Origin: Octopus bimaculoides
Taxonomy: Eukaryota
DNA length: 64,000 nt
Direction: 5' to 3'
NCBI RefSeq assembly: GCF_001194135.2
Contig: NC_068990.1
Span: 10,083,736-10,147,735, forward strand
Part shown: positions 26,471 through 40,844 of the stretch, in pieces
How the letters are laid out: each line of letters starts with the position of its first letter
Numbering within the stretch: the first letter of the stretch is position 1
Notes under the pieces: model-generated
Seen by the model: the letters and a program-made list of their open reading frames with translations, nothing else
Databases searched by the model: none
Told to the model about the DNA's origin: nothing
Translations under genes and position numbers: made by a program

Positions 26471-26504
26471 ATATGTATGTAATATATATATATATATATA
26501 TATA

Positions 26505-26670
26505 TAGGGGTTGGACAAAATAATGGAAGCGCCTCAAAATTTCAATCAGATTTATTTTAAAATGGTGTTGGCGGCCTTTGGCAGTAATTATCGCTTTAAT
26601 TCAACGAGGTATGGACTCGTACAAATTTTCAATTGTTCGAAAGCAATTTTAGCGAAACATATTAAGCAAC
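26505..26670 (+). mobile_element. Tc1-like terminal fragment
   Basis: TA followed by taggggttggacaaaataatggaagcgcc, a typical Tc1 TIR-like start; no transposase follows. Confidence 0.65.
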
Positions 26671-26789
26671 GCCAAAGATGAATATATAAAAAAAAACAAA
26701 ATAAACAAGCTTTTGACGGTTTTAAAGATATTTCAAAATTACGATGCTATGATGCAAGCTGTTTCCATTATGTTGTCCAACGCCTGTGT

Positions 26790-26853
<64 letters not shown>

Positions 26854-26859
26854 CTTTTA

Positions 26860-27060
26860 CTCTTTTACTTGTTTCAGTCTTTTGACTGTGGCCATGCTGG
26901 AGCACCGCCTTCAGTCGAGCAAATCGACCACATGACTTATTCTTTGGCAGCCTAGTACTTATTCTTTCGGTGACTTTTGCCGAACCGCTAAGTTACGGGG
27001 ACATAAACACACCAGTATCGGTTGTCAAGCGGTGTTGGGGGGACAAACACAGACATACAA
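26860..27060 (-). mobile_element. SINE 3' half, well preserved
   Basis: cttgtttcagtcttttgactgtggccatgctggagcaccgcc...gccgaaccgctaagttacggggacataaacacacc...ggggacaaac; it abuts (CATA)/(TA) repeats and a gap. Confidence 0.9.
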
Positions 27061-28531
27061 ACACATACACACATACATATATATATATATACATATNNNN
27101 NNNNNNNNNNNNNNNNNNNNNNNNNNNNNNNNATATATGAAATCGTAGAATCCAATAAAGATGATCTTATAATTTTTTCTCTCTAGTGCAACATAATGGA
27201 ATTTCCAGACTTGTGTTATATTCTTCAGATGACCAGACTACTAGGACATCTCAAAGATAAAACAAACCAATTATAAGATACAAAGTAATTTTACCGGACT
27301 GCTCTAAGAGTCCCTTCGAATGCATATGGTGAGAAGACAAGTGTATCTCTGATCCGGCAGCATATTTTAAATGCTGAAACGTATACCATCGTATACAAAT
27401 TAGTTTCTATAGACAATGTTCAGAAATTAACAAAACGTTATAATTGCTGAAGCTATCTTCTCCGTTACACACAAGCTTTAGAGTTATTTATTTTCCTTTC
27501 ATAATTTCGTGATGGTTAGGTTTGTTTAGCTTCATAAATATTTTGATGCAAGTTCTTCTTGCTAGTTCTGCCAGGACAGTTATTCAGACATAACACCGCA
27601 CCTTATTGGATAATTTAAGTTGAGCTTGGGAAAATGTATTCTAATGCAATCTTTCAATAAGTCGAAGTGAAGAAGACTGATATGACATTGTGGACTTAAT
27701 GTATAAAAAGACAATAATAATACATTTATCTCTACACGATCTAATACACACGTGAATTTTATAGTGTCGTACAAAGGAAGGATTGTTGTTTAGAACTTGA
27801 ATGTTCTCCCTTTGTAAGATGATGCCAGGTTTGGCACATACGATGATTAATCTGAACTACTGCAGCATTTCTGCAGTACTCCTGCATTGATATCTAAACT
27901 ACTATTACATCGTAGCTACACTGATAAAGCCATACTAATGATTGCAATATTTCTGTTACTGCTGCTACTGCTGTTGATAGTGTGAGAAATAGCTTATCAA
28001 ACATTCAATCTAGAAGTAATCGAAGTGTTATCGATTCCGAAATATACACAGTAAAGAAGGGTGCTTCTGGCTTATACACATACAGCCGCGAACTGGTTTA
28101 TAAGGAGTTGTAAATAAAGTAGCGTATAGAAATGCAAGAAATGCAAAAAATACATAGCTGACAGTTTTATAACGTATGTGTAAACAAATTGTTTGCGTAC
28201 GTATATCCGATTTGCACACCAAGTGAAATACTGACGAATCAAACAAGGGAAAATATAGACGAAGATATGCATAGAGAAACCGACATGCACAGAGGCACAC
28301 ATGCACAGAGGCACACATGCACACAAGAACACATGCACGCACACATATCCACATATATAGGTGTTTTACTTTCGACTGCAGCACACCTTTGAAGTGTTTC
28401 GTCGATCCCATACAGTAATTAGTAATGCAGCAGGTGAGGTGTCAGGTTGTGGGAAATTAACAATAACAATTAGAGATAAATACGCACACGCACACGTTTA
28501 CGCATACAGACATCACACACACGTATATGTA

Positions 28532-28562
<31 letters not shown>

Positions 28563-29296
28563 GTCTGTATATATATATATATANNNNNNNNNNNNNNNNN
28601 NNNNNNNNNNNNNNNNNNNNNNNNNNNNNNNNNNNNNNNNNNNNNNNNNNNNNNNNNNNNNNNNNNNNNNNNNNNNNNNNNNNNNNNNNNNNNNNNNNNN
28701 NNNNNNNNNNNNNNNNNNNNNNNNNNNNNNNNNNNNNNNNNNNNNNNNNNNNNNNNNNNNNNNNNNNNNNNNNNNNNNNNNNNNNNNNNNNNNNNNNNNN
28801 NNNNNNNNNNNNNNNNNNNNNNNNNNNNNNNNNNNNNNNNNNNNNNNNNNNNNNNNNNNNNNNNNNNNNNNNNNNNNNNNNNNNNNNNNNNNNNNNNNNN
28901 NNNNNNNNNNNNNNNNNNNNNNNNNNNNNNNNNNNNNNNNNNNNNNNNNNNNNNNNNNNNNNNNNNNNNNNNNNNNNNNNNNNNNNNNNNNNNNNNNNNN
29001 NNNNNNNNNNNNNNNNNNNNNNNNNNNNNNNNNNNNNNNNNNNNNNNNNNNNNNNNNNNNNNNNNNNNNNNNNNNNNNNNNNNNNNNNNNNNNNNNNNNN
29101 NNNNNNNNNNNNNNNNNNNNNNNNNNNNNNNNNNNNNNNNNNNNNNNNNNNNNNNNNNNNNNNNNNNNNNNNNNNNNNNNNNNNNNNNNNNNNNNNNNNN
29201 NNNNNNNNNNNNNNNNNNNNNNNNNNNNNNNNNNNNNNNNNNNNNNNNNNNNNNNNNNNNNNNNNNNNNNNNNNNNNNNNNNNNNNNNNNNNNNNN

Positions 29297-29336
<40 letters not shown>

Positions 29337-29385
29337 GGTTTTTAACTTTTAAATTTTCATATTTCCTCTGGAAAATTATTATATC

Positions 29386-29418
<33 letters not shown>

Positions 29419-29459
29419 GTGTATGTTTGTATATATATGTATATATATACATGTACATG

Positions 29460-29492
<33 letters not shown>

Positions 29493-30906
29493 ATACAGTA
29501 TACATACATACAGACAGATAGATAAATAGTTCGATAGATTGATTGATACATATATAGGCAGATAGTTATATATTTATATACTTAGACAGAGGCACAAAGT
29601 CACACATGAAAACCCACGTAAACAATACACAGACTCACACATATATGCTACATGATTCACAAATGGAAGAAAGCAGCTATGAACATATTTGGATATGGTT
29701 CTTCAAAATTACAATCAGATTGACCAACTTTTGATTAAAAGTTTTGAAGGTGTCAAGTCAGAAAGAAGCGAATAGTTCTGTTATATGACACCTTTCCTGA
29801 GAATATTTGTACGTCTTTTTGTATGTGTGTGAATATGTGTTTTTGTGTTAGTCTTGACATCTTTTTGATGTATCTATCTGTAAATTTTCATTGACATCTA
29901 CGTGCTATTATTTTCAATCCATCAACTTCAAAAAATCTTTGAGTAAGTTCGAATACAAAACTGCCTACTTCGTGGTATAGAGTAAATTGGAGAGAGTGTG
30001 TGTTTAGCATCTCTTCCTACATACACAAACTCAGACTCAACCACAAGGAATTATATACATGTGTGTATGTTTGTNNNNNNNNNNNNNNNNNNNNNNNNNN
30101 NNNNNNNNNNNNNNNNNNNNNNNNNNNNNNNNNNNNNNNNNNNNNNNNNNNNNNNNNNNNNNNNNNNNNNNNNNNNNNNNNNNNNNNNNNNNNNNNNNNN
30201 NNNNNNNNNNNNNNNNNNNNNNNNNNNNNNNNNNNNNNNNNNNNNNNNNNNNNNNNNNNNNNNNNNNNNNNNNNNNNNNNNNNNNNNNNNNNNNNNNNNN
30301 NNNNNNNNNNNNNNNNNNNNNNNNNNNNNNNNNNNNNNNNNNNNNNNNNNNNNNNNNNNNNNNNNNNNNNNNNNNNNNNNNNNNNNNNNNNNNNNNNNNN
30401 NNNNNNNNNNNNNNNNNNNNNNNNNNNNNNNNNNNNNNNNNNNNNNNNNNNNNNNNNNNNNNNNNNNNNNNNNNNNNNNNNNNNNNNNNNNNNNNNNNNN
30501 NNNNNNNNNNNNNNNNNNNNNNNNNNNNNNNNNNNNNNNNNNNNNNNNNNNNNNNNNNNNNNNNNNNNNNNNNNNNNNNNNNNNNNNNNNNNNNNNNNNN
30601 NNNNNNNNNNNNNNNNNNNNNNNNNNNNNNNNNNNNNNNNNNNNNNNNNNNNNNNNNNNNNNNNNNNNNNNNNNNNNNNNNNNNNNNNNNNNNNNNNNNN
30701 NNNNNNNNNNNNNNNNNNNNNNNNNNNNNNNNNNNNNNNNNNNNNNNNNNNNNNNNNNNNNNNNNNNNNNNNNNNNNNNNNNNNNNNNNNNNNNNNNNNN
30801 NNNNNNNNNNNNNNNNNNNNNNNNNNNNNNNNNNNNNNNNNNNNNNNNNNNNNNNNNNNNNNNNNNNNNNNNNNNNNNNNNNNNNNNNNNNTATATATAT
30901 ATATAT

Positions 30907-30942
<36 letters not shown>

Positions 30943-32544
30943 ATAGATAGACAGATAGATAGATTGATTGATACATAGATAGATAGATAGATTTATGCAA
31001 GCACAGACCCTACAATTGCACAATGAATTGTACTTATTACACAAAGTGCATGTAATTTGTCATTTGATGTCAGATAGGGAATAACTTTACGCAATGAAAT
31101 GCGTCACTATATCGAGTTTTAACTGTTTTATGATGACCACTAAGAATGTAACCACCCACTTTAGAGTTATGAACTTCGTTTTGTGAAAAATTAAAGAGCT
31201 ATATAACTGAATAGAATATTAAATTTGTATGCCATTGTTTTTTGGGGAAAAAAATAAAAATTCATGCGAAGTGCGATAACTGCTAAAATCTAGTATGTTG
31301 GAAAAACCCATGGTCAGATTTGATGTTCGACTTTTTTATATTGAAATTCGTTTGGATACAAACTGCAGTGCTAATATAAAAAAAAAAATTAAATATGATG
31401 GAACTCATGTTTGGGCCTAATTATTAACAAATACGTGTTTTCATGTGCTTTTGAGTGAGTGCTTAAATTTTAACTAAATGGATCCATGTAAAGACAAATA
31501 TGCTTGAACAGGCAAAAATACCACACACACATTCAGACACGTGTAGACATGCAGAGATAGAAATATAAAGATTTGGATATAAGAATACAAATTTGAAAGA
31601 TGCATACTGGCATTACTGATGGGGTTACTTGTAGTTCAAACAACACAAATGCGCTTGCGTGTGATGCGTGAATATTGCCGCGTTACTAAACGTGTGTCAA
31701 ATTAGAGTAGGTTAAAGTCATCTTTGTCAGCAGAAATATATATTTAATACTGTAATCAATGCTTATACTTTATATGAGACTCAAAATATGTTACATGCTA
31801 AATAGGAATACTTTTGTTGGAAAGGCAAAGGAAGCAGTATTTTAAATCTCTGTTGCAGGAATGCTACGTAATTTGATATTGTTATCTACGAAAGTACAAT
31901 GCGGTTGTGACCTTTCACATTAAGAAATGTGAGTCGTTTCTACTTCATTATGTTCCGTTGAGATTTCTATGTGGGTGAATGTGCTAGAAAATATGTATTT
32001 CAAGTTTATTCGAATGAAGTCTTGAAATAAGCGTCGCGGATGAGTGCGCGGCTATAGAACAAAATTTAAATCTGCATGTGTCGGATATGTTTTTTCAGGG
32101 AGATTCTGCTGTTAATTGGATACTTATGTGAAGTGTGACCGTATTTTCGGTGTGTATGGTCATTTCACGTTTCATTTTAGATAACATTTGCAAAACTATA
32201 GGTAGTATATAAAAAGAATTCTGTGAATCATGTAAGTATTTGTGCGAATGTAGGAAGTGTTTTAGTATCTTCTTATTATGAGTATGTAATGCTTGGTTAT
32301 GTGTGCAGCTACATCGTGTGTTAAACTGGAAATTAGCAAAGGTATTTTTTACTGCTGGTAGTACTTGTCTTGGTTATAGTGGGTTGGATTATACCTTCTT
32401 TAAAATCCATCAAATTTAAGTTGCTGTAATAAATATGTACATTGATAAATCGTGTATCTATCTATCTACTTATGAATCTGTCTATTCATCAATATTCAAT
32501 ATATACATAGTATATTTAAATGTATGTATATTTCTGCAATGTTT

Positions 32545-32770
32545 ACTAATAACACGGAAAAATAAATGAATAGTTACCAGGGTAGCAACAATTCACATAA
32601 GCACCATTGTAACAGCCTACTCATACAGGTAGAAATTCCTGGCTTTGGTGAATTGATTTTATACAGCATAGAGAAACAAATAAATGGTGTTAAACACAGG
32701 TGTTATTCAAATCTTTATACATCCGACATATGTTTCGGAGAAAACATTGGTATTATTCCAGAAGGAATAA
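32545..32770 (+). repeat. Dispersed repeat related to the 5' part of 26105-26470
   Basis: Shared aacacggaaa, aatagttaccagggtagca and ggtagaaa.tcctgg blocks in the same order. Confidence 0.65.
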
Positions 32771-32859
32771 CGTGATCTGAAATAATGCAATCTTATCAGC
32801 GAAACAAATTGCATCGATAAGACATTTTAACCAAATATGATTACTGATGCAGAAATGAT

Positions 32860-33675
32860 ATTCGGTTGATAACTGATAAAGAATCAGAGCCTTCTGTGTC
32901 TGTCCTACGAGTACGTTTTTTTGCTATCGTTTTTCATTTATTGAATACCTGAACACCACGCATTCCAACTTTTGTCAACAGTTTTGGTATATATATGTTT
33001 TTTTTTGTGAATCTATCCAGTGACTTCATTTTTCTCTCTCGTCCGCTACTTCTATTTCTAGCATTTCCATTTTCTCATGCTTCCCTCTCTCGTCCTCTCA
33101 CTTGTAATTGTAGATATTCTTTCTTCTTCCTTCCATGTTCTCTCTGCCGCTCTCTCTCTCATCCTCCTTAGTATCTATGTATCTATCGTTCACACGTGAC
33201 CCGTGACCAGTTTTCTAATTTTTTTCGCACCAGATGCTTAGCTAGCCGGTGAATATCTGTCTCGTCCTATTCGCCATTCTATATCCATTCTGGATTTCTC
33301 CCTGAATGGCGTTACCCATCATTCTCGTCTCTTTGACCGAAATGACGTATGTTTCTCGTCCACCTATCTATTCCGTCTTTGCTAATCGTCTTAAATTACA
33401 TATGTTGAATTGTAACGTCCATTCTGTATCATTTTGTTTGCCCGAAGCTCTAATACTCCGCAAACTTTGACGGTACCGCATATATGCGAAGTTCTCAGTA
33501 TTATCCTGAAAGGCATGACATTGAGTTTTACCATTCGGTTGATAACTGATGAAGAATTAAGACCTTCTCTGTCTGTCCTGCGTGTATGTTCTTTAGTTAT
33601 CGTTGTTTATTTAATGCCTTTTTCATTTATTGAGTAACTGAAAGCCAGACATCCCGACTTTTGTTAACAATAAGT
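32860..33675 (+). mobile_element. Non-coding element bounded by diverged direct repeats of about 125-140 bp (pLTR/LTR-like)
   Basis: 32860-32985 and 33533-33675 both read attcggttgataactgat.aagaat...ccttct.tgtctgtcct.cg...ttttcatttattga...cttttgt.aaca. Confidence 0.65.
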
Positions 33676-33969
33676 TTTTTATATATATATATATATAAAG
33701 CTTATCATTTTTACTATATACGCTCAGATTTAGTTTTGTTGTATATACGACAGATTTCTTTATATTACCCGATTGTCAACATGTGGCAGCGATGGAAAGT
33801 AATTTGACTATAAAGAATAAGTAACAGGAAAACACTAGCTTATTAATTTAAAATAGAGTAATGCACAGTAGAGAACAAAAGTTCAATCTAAAAAAGCTAT
33901 ACTGTTATTTCATTCGCGTCCTTTTAAAATCTTATAATACTGATCCAAATGCTTATGTAATATGGCACA

Positions 33970-34190
33970 TGGCGACGAGCTGTCACAGCTGTTAGCACGC
34001 CGTGGAAAATCATTACCATCATTTCATGCGTCTTTACGTTCTGAGTTCATATTCCGCAAAGGCCAACTTTGCGTTTTATCCACTCGATGTCGATAAAATA
34101 AATACCAGTTGAATACTTGGGTAAATGAAATCGACTTTACCCTTCCCCTCCAAATTACTGGCCTTGTGCCAAAATTCGAAGCCATTATTA
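33970..34190 (+). mobile_element. Near full-length tRNA-derived SINE
   Basis: ggcgacgagctg...gttagcacgccg...acgttctgagttcatattccgc...gtcgataaaataaataccagttg...ggccttgtgccaaaattcgaa, the same family as 18705-18925. Confidence 0.88.
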
Positions 34191-36054
34191 TAGCACGATG
34201 TCATTCCTTTGAGAAGACTGTAATATCTATGAATATCATACGTATCACTTGTCTATATAAAAGCAAATCTCAAAAAAGAATATTTTTAAATGTATTAAAA
34301 CGTTCCTAAAATTAATAACAAATATGTATTTCGAACAATTACTGAAGTTGTACTACATAACTATGGTCAACGGGGAACTGAATGGAGTGGGTTAAGGAAA
34401 AACATTCAAAACACTATATTTATATTCAAACCTGTATATTTCACGACACTGCAACTTCACAGAATATAGAGAAATACTTCTCAAAGGCACGTTCAATAAC
34501 AGCTACTATATTTGTGACCATCTGTTCGATTTAAATTACATAAAAGCATTGGCTGAACATGTAAGAAAAAAATCATTCTCTTGATGGTTTAGCTACCAAC
34601 AGTACACTACGAAAAACAAAAGAAAAACAACATAGTCATCTTTCTTCTTATTAAGTTAGTATAAGATAATTGACGCAGCAGTGTTTTCGATAGAAATGAT
34701 TGGCAGCAAGACGTGCACAGCATATGTTAGAAATACGAATACAGAAACCATTGAGTGAAATTTTGAATGTAACAGATGAACGGTGTGTGTGTGGCGGGGA
34801 CATGAGACTCTTTATGCAAATAAATCATATAGATTACAATCAGCCGTGTTGCTGTAAAATAGAACATCACGACTTCGCAAGAGTGTGGAGAATATTTAGT
34901 AACTAATGATTTAGTTTAAGAACATATATATGTCTGTTTCAATGCAATATATATTTTTCGTTTAGAGTATTCTATAGACTTTTCTATAGAACGTTATGCA
35001 AGTACTCTCCGCATTTTCGAAAACCAAAATATGTCGATATGGTGGGCGTCAGCCATTTCTTCCAAGTGTAAAGTTAACAAACACTTTTAAAAGACTCCTG
35101 CATTAAATATTTTTTTCGTATATTTTTACTCGTGCGGTAAATCCCAACTTTACTTTGTTATATNNNNNNNNNNNNNNNNNNNNNNNNNNNNNNNNNNNNN
35201 NNNNNNNNNNNNNNNNNNNNNNNNNNNNNNNNNNNNNNNNNNNNNNNNNNNNNNNNNNNNNNNNNNNNNNNNNNNNNNNNNNNNNNNNNNNNNNNNNNNN
35301 NNNNNNNNNNNNNNNNNNNNNNNNNNNNNNNNNNNNNNNNNNNNNNNNNNNNNNNNNNNNNNNNNNNNNNNNNNNNNNNNNNNNNNNNNNNNNNNNNNNN
35401 NNNNNNNNNNNNNNNNNNNNNNNNNNNNNNNNNNNNNNNNNNNNNNNNNNNNNNNNNNNNNNNNNNNNNNNNNNNNNNNNNNNNNNNNNNNNNNNNNNNN
35501 NNNNNNNNNNNNNNNNNNNNNNNNNNNNNNNNNNNNNNNNNNNNNNNNNNNNNNNNNNNNNNNNNNNNNNNNNNNNNNNNNNNNNNNNNNNNNNNNNNNN
35601 NNNNNNNNNNNNNNNNNNNNNNNNNNNNNNNNNNNNNNNNNNNNNNNNNNNNNNNNNNNNNNNNNNNNNNNNNNNNNNNNNNNNNNNNNNNNNNNNNNNN
35701 NNNNNNNNNNNNNNNNNNNNNNNNNNNNNNNNNNNNNNNNNNNNNNNNNNNNNNNNNNNNNNNNNNNNNNNNNNNNNNNNNNNNNNNNNNNNNNNNNNNN
35801 NNNNNNNNNNNNNNNNNNNNNNNNNNNNNNNNNNNNNNNNNNNNNNNNNNNNNNNNNNNNNNNNNNNNNNNNNNNNNNNNNNNNNNNNNNNNNNNNNNNN
35901 NNNNNNNNNNNNNNNNNNNNNNNNNNNNNNNNNNNNNNNNNNNNNNNNNNNNNNNNNNNNNNNNNNNNNNNNNNNNNNNNNNNNNNNNNNNNNNNNNNNN
36001 NNNNNNNNNNNNNNNNNNNNNNNNNNNNNNNNNNNNNNNNNNNNNNNNNNNNNN

Positions 36055-36102
<48 letters not shown>

Positions 36103-36144
36103 GTGTATGTGTGTATGTGTGTGTGTGTGGGTGTATGTATGTAC

Positions 36145-36275
36145 CTCCGAAACGCTTAGTTTTAGAATGGTGGCAGCTGATGAAGGAAATGTTCTCTATG
36201 TGGCCTGTGTGTTTTCTGTGCTCCGGTTATCATTTTCTACACATTTTTTACAACGTCCCGTACCCAGATATGCAT
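36145..36275 (+). repeat. Probable Penelope-type pLTR fragment
   Basis: ccgaaacgcttag...gcagctgatgaaggaaatgttctctatgtggcc contains hammerhead-like words, but not in a foldable type I order. Confidence 0.35.
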
Positions 36276-37025
36276 CTATATATACATGTAGATGTGGGTA
36301 TGTACATACATGTACGTATATATGCATATACTCACATATTATTTGTATTATATATGTATATATATATATACGTGACACTCCATAATATGAAACAAGTTTC
36401 GACAATAATAATAATATTGATAAAGACTATTGTAGTAGGAAGAACTCTAAGAAACAGAAGAATGATAATGATGATTATGATGGTATGGCTAAGGCATAAA
36501 AATAAAATATGTAAGAATGAAAAGTAAGAAGAAAGAAGCTATGTTAGAGAAATGAAATTCTTACGCATCGATACATAGAGGCAATGATAACTTGCTAAAA
36601 TTTATGTATTTATTTATATATCCAATTAATATGTAATATATTAACTAACCACTGACATAATTTAAAAATTAAGCGCGTGTAATATACTCGATATTTATAT
36701 TATCTGATCGAGAAGGAAATGCGGTGTATAAAATGAAAGTGTAAATCAACAGATAACGGGAATGCACCAAACTCTATGGCTCAAGCAATGCAATTCCTTT
36801 ATTAAACTCTTATGGAAGCCATTTATATAATAATATGCAGCTAAAGTGAATCTACCACTTGCTACAAGTTGTAAGAATGAATTACATAAATGTCAGAATA
36901 TGTATATCTCTACCGATGAATGTACGTGTTTGTATCGCTTTACGTGGGCATGTTTATGCGTGTATAATTATTCTCACTCCATAAGGCCCACGCTCACTCA
37001 CTCTCGCTCTCTCTCTATCTGTCTG

Positions 37026-37059
<34 letters not shown>

Positions 37060-38049
37060 ACGCATGTATTTATATATATATATATTCTGTATAATTCACG
37101 AATTATATTAAGCGTTATACAACAGAAAATTATTACATGAATGTGTGTGACAGACATGCAAAAATCAAATAGTATCAATTTTCTAAGAGCAATTTTTATA
37201 CTTCGTTGCGATCTAAATAATAGCAAAATTCGCAATAATTATTGGTGTCTCGCACAATAAAATTTACACACTCATTATGGAAAAGTGCCGTAAAACTTGC
37301 ACCTTTTTAGGTAATGGGCGTATCCGTGCAAAATTTTGAATAAAAAATTGATGAAAACCGCTGTTTGCTAATGAAAACCAATTGATGATGGTCGTCTTTT
37401 AACACTTAATTGAACCCAAAAGATAATAATTTGCAATAGGACAACACATAGGTAGAGTGCTTATGTTATTTATATTTGAGAAAATTCTTTACATAGACAA
37501 TATATTTCACATGTTAACTGATGAAGAATATATAGGTATTAGGAACACTTACGCTAACGGAATAAAAAATATATTCAGAAAGAAAAATATATAAATCAAT
37601 GAACATGATAACCAAAGTGATGAGTAAATTTCTGAATAATTATTTTCTTGCAAAAGAAATTAGAAATATTTTTAGAAATAAATAATATATCTATTGATAA
37701 GCTTTTCTCGTTTCATATATTCTACTCTTATTTCTGTTTGTTTATTTAGGTATAATATGAGTATTTGTAATATGCATTTGTCAACCGAGACGAGGTATTT
37801 TGTTATTTGAAGTAGGTTGGGTCTTCTGAGTAAGTACATATTTAATATAAGTATTTATATGCAATATGAACTTACAAAGTAATGTATACACAGACACGAA
37901 TATAGATGTATGCGAGCGTTTAGCGTATGTGTGTGAGCGTGTACCTGTGATTGTGTGTTTTGTGTTTGTGTGTGAGCATGCGCGTGCAAATGTGTGTGCG
38001 CGTGTGTTACAATAAAAGTATGATGCCGAGTCTGACAAATAATCCATGT

Positions 38050-39130
38050 ATAATTTCAACCCTTCCTATAAATAACAGCATTGCTTCTTTCCAGATGAAC
38101 GGATATCTGACTGTTCAAAGAAGACTACGAATGTAACAAGTAGCAAATTCTTTTGAATATGTGAGATCTGTTTGACATGGGAGTGTTATCATGTACATGA
38201 ACAAAGGAGTTCATCCCGGGAAGAAGTTCATGATGACATGATGTCTACATTAGTGGACAACACTCCAGCTTTATCAACAGTGCAAAAGTGGGCAGAATTT
38301 AAGAAGGGAAGGGAGAGTATTGAATATGACCCAAGGTCTCTACGTCCTGCAACTGTCTCCACAGTTGATCGTTTTTATCACCTACTGATGGATGGCAGGC
38401 ATGTTACTATATATCAAATAGCCAATGCTATTAACATATCCCGTGAGCGATTTGAGAATATTCTGGACAATTAATTTGTTATGACACCAGTTTCAAAGGA
38501 GCACCAAAATGATGATACAACGGGAAGATCTGACATTGTTTCAGGCAGATCCAACCGGTTTTTCTAACGTTTCCGAAGCCAGGTTGATGGTTGGTTTCAT
38601 CACTTTCGGATAGAGACAAAACGGAAATATCCGGCAGTGGAAATATCCCGCAGTGGAAATATCCCGCCTCAGATGCACCAAATAAGATCAAAGTCGTCTT
38701 ATGTCCAGCGAAGGTGAGGGCCTGAAATTTCGGGGAAGCAAAAACATTGTAATAATTGGTTATTTTCCAAAAGGCAACGAATCAATGGAGAATAATATGC
38801 TAACTTACTGAGGCAGTTACGAAAAGCTATCAACTAAACCGACGAAAGGTATATTTGTTTTCATTAGGACACTACTCCAGCCTACACATCCTTGGTTTTA
38901 AAGGCTGATATTCGTGACTATAGCTTTGAACTGGTTGATCACTCTCCCTATAGTCCTGATCTAGCACAATCTGACTATCTGTACGCCAAAATGAAAACAA
39001 AAACACATGGCTGGGAACCAGTATCGCAGTGATCCAATGGAATCCAAGCACTGAAGAATTGTGTGGATCGCAAGGAGGACTATGTTGATAATACGGCTTG
39101 AATTTGAAGGAGCTATCCACGGCCATCATG
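38050..39130 (+). mobile_element. Decayed mariner transposon
   Basis: TPALSTVQKWAEFKKGRESIEYDPRSLRPAT, DGRHVTIYQIANAINISRERFENIL and HSPYSPDLAQSDY (YSPDLAPSD motif), with multiple stops and frameshifts. Confidence 0.92.
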
Positions 39131-40312
39131 TAAAAACACCAATTTAACGCTATTAATACTGTAATAATGTTGAATCGAAACCCCCCTGACCGAGGACCTA
39201 AGAACATGGAAACTGTGATAATAGATGTTGCGTGGATTGTGGATAGGAAATGGCACTAGTCTCCTAAATTGTTTAACTAGTTTATCTGGGATCTCAAGCA
39301 ATCAACACACATATTTGGACATACGACACTCTGATCTTACTTCAGGAATCCTTTGCTATCTCCCTATGAAGAAACAGAAATTGTAGTCATGGCTGAATAT
39401 TATTATGGAAACAATTGGCAACTTGCAATATTAGATATATCGATATGCATAGAATTTAAACAACTTTCCCAGCTCAGCATAACATACAAATTAACCTACT
39501 TCTGTTCAATGGGATAGTATAACAGCAATTTCCTACGGAAACCTCAATTCAATTTCGAGGAAGTTAGGGGGCTTCAGAGTTTAAAAAAATAAGTACATTT
39601 ATACTCAGAAATAATTTAAAATTATACTTATCCAATATGTCTTTAATCCGTCAAAGAAACCTTGAATCACTGTACACGTAGCAATATTACCTTTTAGTGC
39701 CATACTTGGATCGTTATATATCTAATGTGCAAAGACGTTCGGCGTACTCAAGCAAATGTTGACACGCATTCAACATTAAATGTACAACCAAAATTCACTT
39801 TGTAAATTAACAACAATAAAGTTGACATGTTATACACATTTATCTGGAAACGACTGTTTTATTTTGAGATATAATTGTATGAGAAGAGTAAGAATATGGT
39901 GTTGGCTGAAATACGTATTGATGGATGCTATAGTGTGAAAGGTTAAATAAATAAATTTGATAATTGTGACAGTATTCTTACAGATTCACTCTCACATGCA
40001 ACAGTAAATTTTGATTGCGTACATGGAAAAATACAGCGTTTATGAAGATTCGTGTTCAAAAATACTTAATGGATGCATTTTGACAACATTTTAAGTTACG
40101 GTTAAAACATCCTTGAATTGTTGTATTTGTTGTAACATAGAAATTAAAGCTGTATTCCATGAATGATAACTGTAGAATTAAAGCTAATGTATCTTACAGA
40201 GAGAAATGTTGACGGGTGTTCAAAGTATAGAAAATTGCTAAATGCTCTCGTACAGAAGGGCGACATGTATATGTATATATGTATATATATATATATATAC
40301 AAACATACATAC

Positions 40313-40364
<52 letters not shown>

Positions 40365-40807
40365 ATACATATATATACATGTATATATATGAATATATAT
40401 CTGTGTGTGCCTTTGTGTGCGTGTGCGCGTTGCGTGCGTATGTATATATAGGTGTTTACGTTTATATATGTCTCTGTGAGTATGTCTTTTGTACCTTTCT
40501 TTAAGTACAGCTATACTAACAACTAGTTGTTGGAACTCAATATAATGATGCTTTACACGTAAGTGTTAAGTACAGAGTGTAATATGAATTTACGGATAAC
40601 AAAAGGAATGGACTGACGTAATCATTGTTTATAAGCGTACAACTGTTTCCAAGACAAACAGTACTGCTATGAGAAGGATGTTTCTTTTAGCTAGCAGAAG
40701 CTGGAGTGTACATGCATACATCCATATATTTACACACACACTCTTACTCACATGTATATTTATAAAAGATATACATGTTTATATGCACATGTTTATATGC
40801 ACATATA

Positions 40808-40844
<37 letters not shown>

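Noticed and set aside
36145-36200. GAAAC upstream of CTGATGA suggesting a type II hammerhead
   Set aside because: No UH triplet with stems I and III can be folded between them, and only about 3 bp of stem II are available.
38620-38670. Short tandem duplication (gcagtggaaatatccc) that could suggest a repeat-spacer array
   Set aside because: A local duplication inside a dead mariner; no spacers and a eukaryotic context, so not CRISPR.
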